From Nanobdellota archaeon (GTDB lineage: Archaea; Nanobdellota; Nanobdellia; Pacearchaeales; GW2011-AR1): DNA of 64,000 nt. This document shows positions 36,810 to 46,643 of this stretch, piece after piece; position 1 is the first letter of the stretch, and every line of letters starts with the position of its first letter. Location: NCBI GenBank assembly GCA_038045945.1, contig JBBSXC010000001.1, forward strand, positions 64,001 through 128,000. Reading direction: 5' to 3'. Position numbers and translations under genes: made by a program. The notes below the pieces were generated by a model. That model did not search any database. It had not been told where the DNA came from and saw only the letters and a list, made by a program, of their open reading frames with translations.

Positions 36810-37349
36810 ATGTCTGTTAAGATTACTTATTTTGTTCATGGTACAACCACGGATAATGAGGAGGGGCTTTCTACTGGCCAAAATGATGGAGAGTTATCTG
36901 AACTTGGAGTAAAACAATCAAAGGATTTGCCAGGACAAGTAAAAGATAAGTCTTTTGTTGAAGTATTCTCCTCTGATTTAAGGAGGGCTATTGATTCTTC
37001 AGAGATTTCTTTTGGTGAGAATCGCCAGATAAGAATTGATGTGAGATTAAGAGAGTGTGATTATGGCAAGCTTAATGGGTCTAAGGAAGAAAAAGTTGAT
37101 TATTCAGAACACATTGATAACCCATTTCCTGATGGAGAATGCTTAAAGGATGTTGAGGAAAGAATGAGGAACTTTTTAAAATTCTTGAAAAGAAATTATT
37201 CTGGTAAACATATAGCGATTGTAGCTCATAAGGCACCACAATTAGCTTTGGAAGTTTTAACAAATAATAAGACCTGGAAGGAAGCCATTGAGCAAGATTG
37301 GAGAAAAGTTGGTAAGTGGCAACCAGGATGGATTTATACTGTTAAATAA
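36810..37349 (+). CDS. Histidine phosphatase family protein
   Basis: FVHGTT, SSDLRRA, LRECDYG, IVAH. Confidence 0.9.
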   Translation: MSVKITYFVHGTTTDNEEGLSTGQNDGELSELGVKQSKDLPGQVKDKSFVEVFSSDLRRAIDSSEISFGENRQIRIDVRLRECDYGKLNGSKEEKVDYSEHIDNPFPDGECLKDVEERMRNFLKFLKRNYSGKHIAIVAHKAPQLALEVLTNNKTWKEAIEQDWRKVGKWQPGWIYTVK

Positions 37350-37361
37350 TTTTATTAGATT

Positions 37362-38036
37362 TTAAGCTAAGGGCGTTATTGTTTTTCCAGCGAACATTAC
37401 TAAGAATATTACTGCTAATACTAATAATGCTAGCGGTATTATTATTAGTGCTAGGAATGCTTTCATCTTGGTCATTTTTTGGTATTTTGCTAGTGCTGCT
37501 ATTTCGAAGTAGAATACGTGTATTATTTGTATTATGAAAACTATCATTAGTCCTATGTATTCTGGACTTGTGTATGCGTCTGTTATTTGGCTTGACCCTA
37601 CTCTTAGTATTAGTGCTGCGCTTAGTATTGATGTTATTATTCCATAAGGCATCCCTAAAACCGCTCCGTACGTTGATGGTTTGTATGTGTTAAAGTATCC
37701 TTGTTTTCCTCCAAATATTAGTACCCCTAAGTGTATTATTCCTGCGAATATGAATGGTGTTACAAATGAGAATATTAATCCTGATAATAAATTGAGTATC
37801 ATTCCGCCTGTGCTTGTTGGGTTATTGCTTCTTAGTATCAGTGCTGTTATTATCGTGCTTAGTATTGTTATCCACACGTATGTTTTTACGTAGAAGAACA
37901 TTATTCCCTGGTAGTCTTTTTCTTCGTTCATTGATTCAGCGAACTTTTTAGGGTGGAAGAATAATTTTGAGAATTTAGAAAAGTATCCACTTATGCCTTT
38001 AGCACCTTGGACTTTATTGCCTCTTTCTTTAGCCAT
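37362..38036 (-). CDS. YIP1-family membrane protein
   Basis: LFFHPKKF, IIHLGVLIFGG...T, 5 TM segments. Confidence 0.8.
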   Translation of the reverse strand: MAKERGNKVQGAKGISGYFSKFSKLFFHPKKFAESMNEEKDYQGIMFFYVKTYVWITILSTIITALILRSNNPTSTGGMILNLLSGLIFSFVTPFIFAGIIHLGVLIFGGKQGYFNTYKPSTYGAVLGMPYGIITSILSAALILRVGSSQITDAYTSPEYIGLMIVFIIQIIHVFYFEIAALAKYQKMTKMKAFLALIIIPLALLVLAVIFLVMFAGKTITPLA

Positions 38037-38150
38037 TAAAAGAGTCACACAAAAAGCATTAATAAAGGTTATCAGAGAAACAATAAGCGTAGTAACTACT
38101 TATTAGTTACAAAAAGAAAGGTTTTTAAAGGAAAATGCCTGTTTATTTTA

Positions 38151-39293
38151 ATGACAGACCTAAATAAAAGCCATAGGATTATGGGCACGATTATATATGG
38201 ACTTGAAAGAGGAGTGGAAGGTAAAGAAGGATTCGAAGCATCTTTATCAAGACTTCATCTAGCCTTACTGAGCGGCCATAAACCCGAGTATAGCTCCAAA
38301 TCAGATTTTGTTAATGGAATTGTTGCTGACATGGAAAAATATTGTGGACTAGTTAAGGCTAGAAGAAATATCGTTGTTGAGGGCTCTAGCAGAGAGATGG
38401 CTACTGAAACTGAAGCACTAGAAAGCTTGAAGTATGCTGTTAAGATCGCTAAAGATTACTTAACGCCTTTTATGAGAAGGAGATTTGATTTTTCTGATAA
38501 GGTTTTTCACGATATCCATGACCTGGGAATAGCCTATGTAAACGCTGTAACTGACAGTGCTTCAGAAGAGTATATTCCTCGTGAAGCAACTGTTGATGCT
38601 AAATTAAGATCAACTAATCTTGCTAAGCAAGCTTCAAGAACGAGGAGAACTTATGCAGCAGACCATGTAAAGAAGGCAGATTTAGAAGACACATTGTCAG
38701 TTTTGTCTGATTCAGTTTCAAAGAATACCACTGAATCTTATATGAGGCCTTATGAAAATGTTGTTGTTACTCCTAAGAAAGTTTCTAAAAAAAGAAAGTT
38801 TACTGATAGGTTGATTGATGGACTAACTACAAGCTTAGGTACCGCTGAGAAATTAGAGTTTGTTCCAGATGTTATATTCCCTATAGCTACAGGTGGCGTG
38901 GAGTTAGGTATCGATGTCGCCATTGTTTATGAAAATTTTGGTTTTGACCCAATTGTTTATCCTGTAATGTTCTCTATGAAAACTAGAAAGCATAGGCACC
39001 CTTGGACTGCAAATGATGAAGAATTTTTAAGAACTAGAAATCATGAGGGAGAAAAGTTTTTAATAACTGAAGACTGGGTTACAACTGGTAACACTGTTAG
39101 AGGAGTAATAAACGAATTAGAATCCAGTTTTCCTAAAGAAATAAGAGTGGCTACAATAAAGAGAGATCCAAAAATATCTAGAATGCCTATACTTGATAAA
39201 TACAGATTCTATGTTGGCCAGTGGATCCCTTATAGAGGAAGCAAAACCGATTCAATAGCGGATCAGGCAGCACCTGAAAGTAAGTCTGAGTAG
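38151..39293 (+). CDS. Protein with C-terminal type I phosphoribosyltransferase domain
   Basis: PIATGG, LITEDWVTTGNT, IRVATI; ~210-aa unknown N-terminal region. Confidence 0.8.
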   Translation: MTDLNKSHRIMGTIIYGLERGVEGKEGFEASLSRLHLALLSGHKPEYSSKSDFVNGIVADMEKYCGLVKARRNIVVEGSSREMATETEALESLKYAVKIAKDYLTPFMRRRFDFSDKVFHDIHDLGIAYVNAVTDSASEEYIPREATVDAKLRSTNLAKQASRTRRTYAADHVKKADLEDTLSVLSDSVSKNTTESYMRPYENVVVTPKKVSKKRKFTDRLIDGLTTSLGTAEKLEFVPDVIFPIATGGVELGIDVAIVYENFGFDPIVYPVMFSMKTRKHRHPWTANDEEFLRTRNHEGEKFLITEDWVTTGNTVRGVINELESSFPKEIRVATIKRDPKISRMPILDKYRFYVGQWIPYRGSKTDSIADQAAPESKSE

Positions 39294-39350
39294 ACTTTAG
39301 TTTTTCCTCTTTTACTAAACCTTTAATAATCTCTTTGTTTTCTTTTTTTT

Positions 39351-40862
39351 ATGTCTAAAAAAGTTCCGAAGGATAAGAAGGTTTTAGAAGAAGCTGAGGA
39401 GAAAAAAGTTTTTGATAATGATGACTTAGTTCTTGATATGAAGTGTGGTATTGAGATTCATCAGCAGCTTAATACTAATAAATTGTTTTGCAATTGTCCT
39501 TCTGTTCTTCGTGCGGATAATCCTGATTTTAAAGTTATGAGGAAGTTACACTTGGTTGCTGGTGAGGGTGGCGTTGTTGATGCTGCTGCTGTTCATGAAT
39601 CCAGTAAAGAAAAAACTTTTTTTTATGAGGGTTATAAGGATAATACTTGTCTTGTTGATTTGGATGAGGAGCCCCCTCATGATATTAATAAGGATGCTCT
39701 TAAGACTGGAGTACAAGTTGCACTCATGCTTAATTGTGAAATTTTACCTTTAACTCAGATTATGCGTAAGACTGTTATTGATGGTAGTAATACTAGCGGT
39801 TTTCAAAGGACTGTTCTTATTGCTAGAAATGGTTATGTTCAGACTGATAGCGGCAAGGTTAGGATTGATTCTGTTTGTTTAGAGGAGGATTCTTCAAGAA
39901 CTATTAGCGAGGATAAGGGTGTTAAGATTTATCGTCTTGATAGGTTAGGCATTCCGCTTGTTGAGATTGCTACAGCTCCTGATATTAAGTCTCCAGAACA
40001 GGCTAAGGAAGTTGCTTTGTTTATTGGTGATATTTTGCGTTCTTCTAATGTTAAGCGAGGTATCGGTACTATTCGTCAGGATGTTAATGTTTCTGCTTGT
40101 GTTAATGGTTTGTGGGGTAGTCGTGTTGAGATTAAGGGTGTTCAGGATCCTTCACTTATAGAAAAATCTGCGAGTATTGAGGTTGATAGACAGAAGACTT
40201 TGATTCTTGAGGGAAAATCTGTTGGTGAGGTAAGGAAAGCTAATGAGGATGGTACTAGTGATTTTTTAAGGCCTATGCCAGGTGCTGCTAGGATGTATCC
40301 TGAAACTGATCTTCCTCTTTTAAGGATTACTAGAGAAGAAATTAATGATTCTAAGAAGACTCTTCCTAAGCTTAAGTCTGCTATTAAGGGTGAACTTAGT
40401 AGTGCTGGTCTTAGTGATGAGATGATTAAGCTCGTTCTTGATAATAATAAGATTTCTGATTTGCAAGAATTACTTAAGGTTTATCAGAATCCTAATCTTA
40501 TTGCTAAAATGCTTGTTTTGTGGCCTAGTGAAATTAGTAAGAAGACTAACGAAAAGTTAGATTCTTTGGATAAGAAGTTAACTCTTGATGTTTTAGAAAC
40601 TGTTCTTTTTGCTATTAATACTAAGAAGCTTGATGAGAGTAACGCTAAAGAAGCCATTAGTAGGATTGTTTCGGGTATTCCTGTTAAGGATGCTATAATT
40701 TTCCATAAGACTGAGAACTTGGAAGAGTTGATTATGAAAATTGTTAATTCTAAGCCAGGTCTTTCTAAGCAAGGTTATATGGGTTTGGTTATGGCTCAGC
40801 TTAGGGGTAAGGCTTCTGGTAAAGAAGTTATGGATGTTCTTAACACTTTAATAAAAGATTAA
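39351..40862 (+). CDS. gatE: Glu-tRNA(Gln) amidotransferase subunit E
   Basis: GIEIHQQL, MRKTVIDGSNTSGFQRT, RGIGTIRQDVNVS, RPMPGAARMYPETD. Confidence 0.95.
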   Translation: MSKKVPKDKKVLEEAEEKKVFDNDDLVLDMKCGIEIHQQLNTNKLFCNCPSVLRADNPDFKVMRKLHLVAGEGGVVDAAAVHESSKEKTFFYEGYKDNTCLVDLDEEPPHDINKDALKTGVQVALMLNCEILPLTQIMRKTVIDGSNTSGFQRTVLIARNGYVQTDSGKVRIDSVCLEEDSSRTISEDKGVKIYRLDRLGIPLVEIATAPDIKSPEQAKEVALFIGDILRSSNVKRGIGTIRQDVNVSACVNGLWGSRVEIKGVQDPSLIEKSASIEVDRQKTLILEGKSVGEVRKANEDGTSDFLRPMPGAARMYPETDLPLLRITREEINDSKKTLPKLKSAIKGELSSAGLSDEMIKLVLDNNKISDLQELLKVYQNPNLIAKMLVLWPSEISKKTNEKLDSLDKKLTLDVLETVLFAINTKKLDESNAKEAISRIVSGIPVKDAIIFHKTENLEELIMKIVNSKPGLSKQGYMGLVMAQLRGKASGKEVMDVLNTLIKD

Positions 40863-40881
40863 ACAACACCCAACTATTTTT

Positions 40882-40995
40882 TTAGTGAAGTGTTGTTGAA
40901 AGAAAATAAGATACTAAGAACACTAACATCCCTAGTATTATAAGTGCTGATGCTATAGTTTTTGCTGTGAAGAAGCGAAATTCTTTTTGACTCAT
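40882..40995 (-). CDS. Small single-TM peptide (37 aa), not in the ORF track
   Basis: MSQKEFRFFTAKTIASALIILGMLVFLVSYFLSTTLH; TTTATA ~25 nt upstream. Confidence 0.45.
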   Translation of the reverse strand: MSQKEFRFFTAKTIASALIILGMLVFLVSYFLSTTLH

Positions 40996-41125
40996 AAATT
41001 AGTAATGTTTAAACTTCTATAAAAATAGTTGTGGTCTAAAAAAATACAAAAATTGAAACGTAACAAAAATACTTTTTTTTGAGATACAACAAAGATTAAT
41101 AAATATGGTTCACTAATATTTTTTT

Positions 41126-41533
41126 ATGCCTAAGCTTAATCGACCTATTCATTTTGAGATTCAGGGTGAGAATCCTGAAAAACTTGCTAAGTTTTATTCT
41201 GATGTTTTTGGTTGGGTTATTAAGAAGTGGGATAGTCCTGATATGGATTATTGGATGATTATGACTGATGATAAGGATAGTAATAATCCTGGTATTAATG
41301 GCGGTCTTCTTAAGAGGCCTTGTCCTGCTCCTGCTTTAGAACAAGGCACTAATGCTTTTACTTGTACTATGAATGTTGAAAGCGTTGATGATATGATTAA
41401 GAAGGTCGTTAAGCATGGTGGTAAGATTGCTATGCCTAAGTTTGCTATTGCTGATATGGCCTGGCAAGCTTACTGTGTTGATCCGGAGAATAATGTTTTT
41501 GGTCTTCATGAAGAATTCAAAAAGGTTAAGTGA
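41126..41533 (+). CDS. VOC/glyoxalase family protein
   Basis: HFEI, FYSDVFGW, GINGGL, DPENNVFGL. Confidence 0.92.
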   Translation: MPKLNRPIHFEIQGENPEKLAKFYSDVFGWVIKKWDSPDMDYWMIMTDDKDSNNPGINGGLLKRPCPAPALEQGTNAFTCTMNVESVDDMIKKVVKHGGKIAMPKFAIADMAWQAYCVDPENNVFGLHEEFKKVK

Positions 41534-41578
41534 TTCTGCTACAATAATATTTTTAAGCTAGCTTTGCAGTGATTAATT

Positions 41579-41938
41579 ATGATAGCGCTTTATGATCCTT
41601 TGAAGAAGGAGTTAGGATTCTATATTGATGAAAAAAGAGAATCTGCCAGGTCATATCTTGAGGGTCCATTAATTGTTAAAGGAATGGAGAATGATGGAGT
41701 TTTAAGAAGAGCCGCAATAAGTTTTCCTCGTGATGCTATGTATAGCGAATTTCAAACTAATTCAGAATTTTTTTCTGACAAGCCTCGCGAACTAACTCAG
41801 GTAAGTCTTACATTAACTCCTTGGGCTAGAACAAGACTTGATGAAAAAAAGGCGATTATTCCAGTGAAAAATCCGGGTATAGAGGTGATTGTTAGTTTAG
41901 AGCCTGATATGAGTTTATTATCATCATCTGCCGCTTAA
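41579..41938 (+). CDS. Hypothetical protein
   Basis: 119 aa ORF. Confidence 0.6.
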   Translation: MIALYDPLKKELGFYIDEKRESARSYLEGPLIVKGMENDGVLRRAAISFPRDAMYSEFQTNSEFFSDKPRELTQVSLTLTPWARTRLDEKKAIIPVKNPGIEVIVSLEPDMSLLSSSAA

Positions 41939-42003
41939 GGGGCAGGCTAGTAATAATTCTTAAATCATAATCTTAATAAACCCGTTCTTGTAATATTATA
42001 ACT

Positions 42004-43278
42004 ATGGAAAGAAAAATGATTAGCGATTTGAAGGAGGGCGAGCATTCTTTGATTAAGGGTTGGGTTCATGAAATTCGTGATTTGTCTAAGATGAAGTTTA
42101 TTCTACTTAGGGATTCTTCGGGTATTGTCCAGTGCATTATTAAGGATGATAAGTTGATGAAGGATTCTTCTAGCATTAGTTTGGAGAGCGTTATTGAGAT
42201 TGAAGGAGCGGTGAATAAGGCTTCTGTTAAGGCTGATCTTGCTCGTAAAGATGTTGAACTTCATGCTAAGTCTATTAAGATTCTTAGTTTGGCTGAAACT
42301 TTACCTATTCAAGTTAATGAAAAAACAATAACTACTGAATTACCAACAAGGCTTGATCATCGTTCTTTAGATGTTAGGAAGCCTAAAATTTCAGCTATTT
42401 TTAAGATTCAGAGTGAAATAGCTAATTCTTTCAGAAAGTTTTTTTATAAGAATGGTTTTACTGAGATTCAACCACCTTTTATTATTGGAGCAGCAAGCGA
42501 GGGTGGAAGTGAAGTTTTTGAGGTTAAATATTTTGATAAGAAGGCTTACTTAGCTCAAAGTCCTCAATTGTATAAACAAATGATGGCTTGTGCTTTTGAG
42601 AAAGTTTTTGCTTTAGGCCCTGCTTGGAGAGCAGAGAAGCATAATACTACTAGACACATTAATGAGATAAGGCAAATGGATGTAGAAGTAGCCTTCACCG
42701 ACCAAATGCAAATAATGAAGTTGCAAGAGGAGGTTTTACAATTCATAATTCAGAACGTTAAAGAAAGATGTTCAAGAGAACTAGAAATATTGGGAAGAAG
42801 TGATATAAAAGCTCCTAAGGGTGTATACTTACATTATGAGGATGCTATTAAGAAGTCTGGTGGAAAAATTGGTGAGGATTTTACTCCTGAACAGGAAAGG
42901 AAGCTTTGTGACATGTACCCTGGGGACATAGTGTTTACTCATTCTTGGCCTACAAGCATTAAAGTTTTTTATATAATGCCTAAGGATGGTAAGAAGAATG
43001 CTACTGAAAGTTGTGGTTTTGATTCTTTGTATGGCGGCGTTGAGATTTCTAGTGGTGGTCAACGTATTCACATTCCAGAATTATTAATTGATAGGATTAA
43101 AGCTAAGGGTTTGAACCCTAAAGATTTTAAAACTTATATTGATAGTTTCCGTTACGGTGCTCCACCTCATAGCGGTTGGGCTTTAGGTCTTGAAAGACTT
43201 ACCCAAATGATTTGCGGTCTTGATAATATTAAAGAAGCAACATTATTCCCTAGAGACAGGGATAGGTTGACACCTTAG
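42004..43278 (+). CDS. aspS: Aspartate--tRNA ligase (archaeal type)
   Basis: LAQSPQLYKQ, RAEKHNTTRH, EISSGGQR, YGAPPH, FPRD. Confidence 0.93.
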   Translation: MERKMISDLKEGEHSLIKGWVHEIRDLSKMKFILLRDSSGIVQCIIKDDKLMKDSSSISLESVIEIEGAVNKASVKADLARKDVELHAKSIKILSLAETLPIQVNEKTITTELPTRLDHRSLDVRKPKISAIFKIQSEIANSFRKFFYKNGFTEIQPPFIIGAASEGGSEVFEVKYFDKKAYLAQSPQLYKQMMACAFEKVFALGPAWRAEKHNTTRHINEIRQMDVEVAFTDQMQIMKLQEEVLQFIIQNVKERCSRELEILGRSDIKAPKGVYLHYEDAIKKSGGKIGEDFTPEQERKLCDMYPGDIVFTHSWPTSIKVFYIMPKDGKKNATESCGFDSLYGGVEISSGGQRIHIPELLIDRIKAKGLNPKDFKTYIDSFRYGAPPHSGWALGLERLTQMICGLDNIKEATLFPRDRDRLTP

Positions 43279-43282
43279 AACC

Positions 43283-44617
43283 ATGGTTAAAAAAGTAGAA
43301 AAAGTTTCTGTTGATACTCACAGCGAATCATTCATTAGTATTTCTGATGCTATCAAGCAAGGTTCTGGTCGTGTTTCTATTAGAGGTTGGGTTTATCGTG
43401 AGAGGGATGGAAAAGAATTAAGATTCATAGTCCTAAGAGACTCAAGTAATATAATACAGTGCGTGTTGAAAAAGGAAAAGTTTGAAAAACAATGGGGAGA
43501 GATAAGTAAAATAGGAATTGAAAGCTCACTAGAAATAGTTGGGGAAATAAAAGCAGACGCTCGAGCACCAACAGGTTACGAAATATCAGCAGAAAAAATA
43601 ATAATAGTGCAAATAGCTGAGGATTTCCCCATTAACAAAGATTTGAACGAGGAGTTGCTTGGAGACAGAAGGCATTTGTGGCTTCGTAGTAGAAAGATGA
43701 CTTCTATTATGAAGATTAGAAGCAGGTATATACAGGCTAGAGAAGCATTCTTTCATAAAGAGGGATTTTATCGTTTTGATACTCCTATACTTCAACCAAC
43801 ACAAAGCGAAGGTGGAAGTACAGTTTTTGAAGTAAAATATTATGATAAAAAAACGTTTTTAGCCCAAACATGGCAGTTATACGGCGAATCAGCAATTTTC
43901 GCTCTTGAAAAAGTTTACAATATGGGTCCAACTTTCAGGGCTGAGAAGAGTAATACTTCAAGACATTTATCTGAATTTTGGATGGCAGAAGTAGAAGTGG
44001 CCTGGTGGGGTCTTAAAGAAATATCTGAGTTTGCAAAAAAAGAATTAAAACATTGTATAAGCATAGTGGTAAAAGAATGTGAGGAAGAGTTTAAGATATT
44101 AGGAGTGGATGCAAAAAAATTGTTAGAGATGACAAAGAAAGAGTGGCCTACAATTAAGTATCGTGATGCACTAAAATTAATAAAAGAAAAAGATGGGATG
44201 ACAGTACCGTTCGGCAAGGATTTAAGGACAATTGAAGAACAAACAATAATGAAACATTTTGATACTCCTGTTGTTGTTACTCATTATCCTAAAGAAATAA
44301 TGGCTTTTTATAAGCCGAGTGACCCAAAAAGTCCTGATGAAGCATTATGCTTTGATATGTTAGCTCCACAGATAGGCATAGAGATAGTTGGAGGAAGCCA
44401 AAGAGACTTGAATGTTGAGGAGATGTCAAAAAAACTAAAAGCTGATGGTGAAGACCCAAAAAATTATCAGTTTTATTTTGATACTAGGAAGTATGGAAGT
44501 GTGCCTCATTCAGGATACGGAGTAGGAATCGAGAGGGTAATACAGTGGATTTGTGGTCTTGAAAGTATTAAGGATGCTATTGCCTTCCCTAGGACTATGA
44601 ATAGGACAACTCCTTAA
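43283..44617 (+). CDS. asnS: Asparagine--tRNA ligase
   Basis: RHLWLR, QLYGE, RHLSEFWMAE, EIVGGSQR, YGSVPHSG. Confidence 0.93.
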   Translation: MVKKVEKVSVDTHSESFISISDAIKQGSGRVSIRGWVYRERDGKELRFIVLRDSSNIIQCVLKKEKFEKQWGEISKIGIESSLEIVGEIKADARAPTGYEISAEKIIIVQIAEDFPINKDLNEELLGDRRHLWLRSRKMTSIMKIRSRYIQAREAFFHKEGFYRFDTPILQPTQSEGGSTVFEVKYYDKKTFLAQTWQLYGESAIFALEKVYNMGPTFRAEKSNTSRHLSEFWMAEVEVAWWGLKEISEFAKKELKHCISIVVKECEEEFKILGVDAKKLLEMTKKEWPTIKYRDALKLIKEKDGMTVPFGKDLRTIEEQTIMKHFDTPVVVTHYPKEIMAFYKPSDPKSPDEALCFDMLAPQIGIEIVGGSQRDLNVEEMSKKLKADGEDPKNYQFYFDTRKYGSVPHSGYGVGIERVIQWICGLESIKDAIAFPRTMNRTTP

Positions 44618-44720
44618 ATAATTGCGATAATTACTAAAAAGATTATGAGTGCGCCTTAATGATTGATCAGTATAGTTTGTTTCAGCAATTCTTAAATAAC
44701 GTTCTAACAACTAATTTTTT

Positions 44721-45524
44721 ATGAAGAGACGTTATTTTCCTTTGACTCGTGGTAAAAGGTTGAGGGAAGCAAATTTTGATTCCACTTGGGATAGTTATCT
44801 TAAAGGTAGAAGCGATTATGATCGTAATGCTTTGGTAGAGCATTATATGCCTTTAGTTGATGATGTTATTAATTCTTTAATTAGGACTTTGCCCCCTTAT
44901 ATTGATGTTCAAGAGTTGTCAGGTCCTGGGAATATGGGTCTTCTTCAAGCAGTTATTAATTGTGATTCTAAAAAACTAACAGTTTTTGATCATTATGCTA
45001 GGAAGAGAATAAAGGGTTCTGTTCTTGATCATTTGAGAAGTTTAGACTTTATGCCTAGGACTAGAAGAATATTTTTGAAGAAGTCAAAGAAGGCTGAGTT
45101 AAATCTCAATAATAAGCTTGGTAGAAAATGCACTGATGAGGAATTATGTAAATATATGGGTATGAGTTATGATGATTATTATAAGAAGATGTCTGAGGCT
45201 CGCGAAGTTGAGAGTTTGGAGTATGATGATTTTGGTACAGAAACAGCCTCTAATGATTTGAGAAGAAGGAGACTTTTATTAGAAGATTTAGATTTAGATC
45301 CTCAAATAGCAACTACTCTAAGAGAAGTTTCTAGTATAGCCAGGGATAATCTTTCTGATGAAGATTATAAGATGCTAACTTTAAGAATGGAGAATAGAGG
45401 TAATGAGGAGATAGGTATAAGTATTCGTGGTTTAGCTCCTTCCACAATTTGTGCTAGATTAAGAAAAGCGGTTTATCCTTGTATTAAGGAGAAATTGGGT
45501 GAAGGTTATGAAGAAGCAGCATAA
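44721..45524 (+). CDS. Sigma-70 family, FliA/WhiG-like protein
   Basis: Region 2 RNALVEHYMPLV...GNMGLLQAV...FDHYARKRIKGSVLDHLRSLDFMPR; region 3 LGRKCTDEELCKYMGMS; region 4-like LSDEDY...EEIG...TICARL. Confidence 0.85.
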   Translation: MKRRYFPLTRGKRLREANFDSTWDSYLKGRSDYDRNALVEHYMPLVDDVINSLIRTLPPYIDVQELSGPGNMGLLQAVINCDSKKLTVFDHYARKRIKGSVLDHLRSLDFMPRTRRIFLKKSKKAELNLNNKLGRKCTDEELCKYMGMSYDDYYKKMSEAREVESLEYDDFGTETASNDLRRRRLLLEDLDLDPQIATTLREVSSIARDNLSDEDYKMLTLRMENRGNEEIGISIRGLAPSTICARLRKAVYPCIKEKLGEGYEEAA

Positions 45525-46332
45525 ATTAGGAGTTTTTCTTGAAGGTGGTGGCATTAAGACTTTTTATGGAGGTGGAGTTATTGATCAATTAAAGGCTTTT
45601 GGGATAAAGCCCGATTATTATGCTGGCATAAGTGCTTCTGCTGGTACAATATTTGGTAACATTTTTTCTTGTAGTGAAGAAATAATTGATATTTTTGGTA
45701 AGAGGTGTGATAATAATAAGAAAAACTTTTATTTCTTTAGAAAGCCTCACTTTCCTCATAACCATATGATGGAGAATTCTCTTATAAAAATTTTTGATAA
45801 GCACATAAAGAATCCTAATTCTAAATCAGAATTCAAAATTATTGCCGGAATAACGAATAATAACTATTCTTGGGTTAAGACCCATTTGGTTCTTTATTTG
45901 ATGATAATGAAAAATCTTCTTCGCATAAACCTCTTTGATTATTTCAGAAAAATGTTTTCTGTTAAAGAATCAAGTATTACCTCTGATGATAACTTAGATA
46001 AAAAAGTTATTGTTAATTTTATTATGGGTTCTTCAAGCATCTATCCTTTCATCAAACCCCATTATCATGATGGTAAACTCTTGCTCGAGGCTAATTGTTT
46101 AGATCTAGATTACCAGAATTGTCTAAGTAATTGTGATAAAGGTATAATAATTCATAATTCTACTGGTAAAAGTTTTGTTAATGGTAAATTTTTACATGTT
46201 TATTCTTCTACTAGTTTGCCCAGTAACATTTTAGATTATACTAGCAAAGAAAAGCTTGTTAGTTTAAGAAAAGTTGGTATGCTAGAGGTAAAAAAGCAGA
46301 AATTTTTTGTTGAAAAGTTTATTTCTTCTTAA
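45508..46332 (+). CDS. Patatin-like phospholipase family protein
   Basis: LEGGGIK, AGISAS, GSSSIYP; overlaps the sigma gene stop. Confidence 0.75.
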   Translation: MKKQHKLGVFLEGGGIKTFYGGGVIDQLKAFGIKPDYYAGISASAGTIFGNIFSCSEEIIDIFGKRCDNNKKNFYFFRKPHFPHNHMMENSLIKIFDKHIKNPNSKSEFKIIAGITNNNYSWVKTHLVLYLMIMKNLLRINLFDYFRKMFSVKESSITSDDNLDKKVIVNFIMGSSSIYPFIKPHYHDGKLLLEANCLDLDYQNCLSNCDKGIIIHNSTGKSFVNGKFLHVYSSTSLPSNILDYTSKEKLVSLRKVGMLEVKKQKFFVEKFISS

Positions 46333-46400
46333 TTTTCTCTTCGTTCTTGTCAACTTCTTGTATCTTTTAAGTGGTAATGTACAGTTTATTAAAAAAAGTG

Positions 46401-46418
46401 TCGTCGATTTATCGACGA
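46401..46418. promoter_or_regulatory. Palindromic operator candidate upstream of ftsZ
   Basis: TCGTCGAT-TT-ATCGACGA, ~25 nt before a TATA-like ATATAAA. Confidence 0.5.
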
Positions 46419-46643
46419 TAAAACAACGTAGCTATAGGGTAAAAATATATAAAGAAGAAGTGCTTCGTGTTTGTATTAATTTGACCCGCCAAGATTAAAT
46501 TAATACCGTTCGTTTAATGAAGAGTATTTCTTAAGAGTTATTTGTAACTCTTTTTATTAATAGGATAAAGAACAAACAAGTATTTAAACTTGCCGTTTTA
46601 TATTCTATCTAACAACACAAAAAGGAGGATACAAAAAAAGAAA

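Noticed and set aside
44721-46332. Bacterial contamination as the source of the sigma gene
   Set aside because: Archaeal promoter, host-like codon bias and archaeal flanking genes argue against it; read mapping is still needed to exclude it
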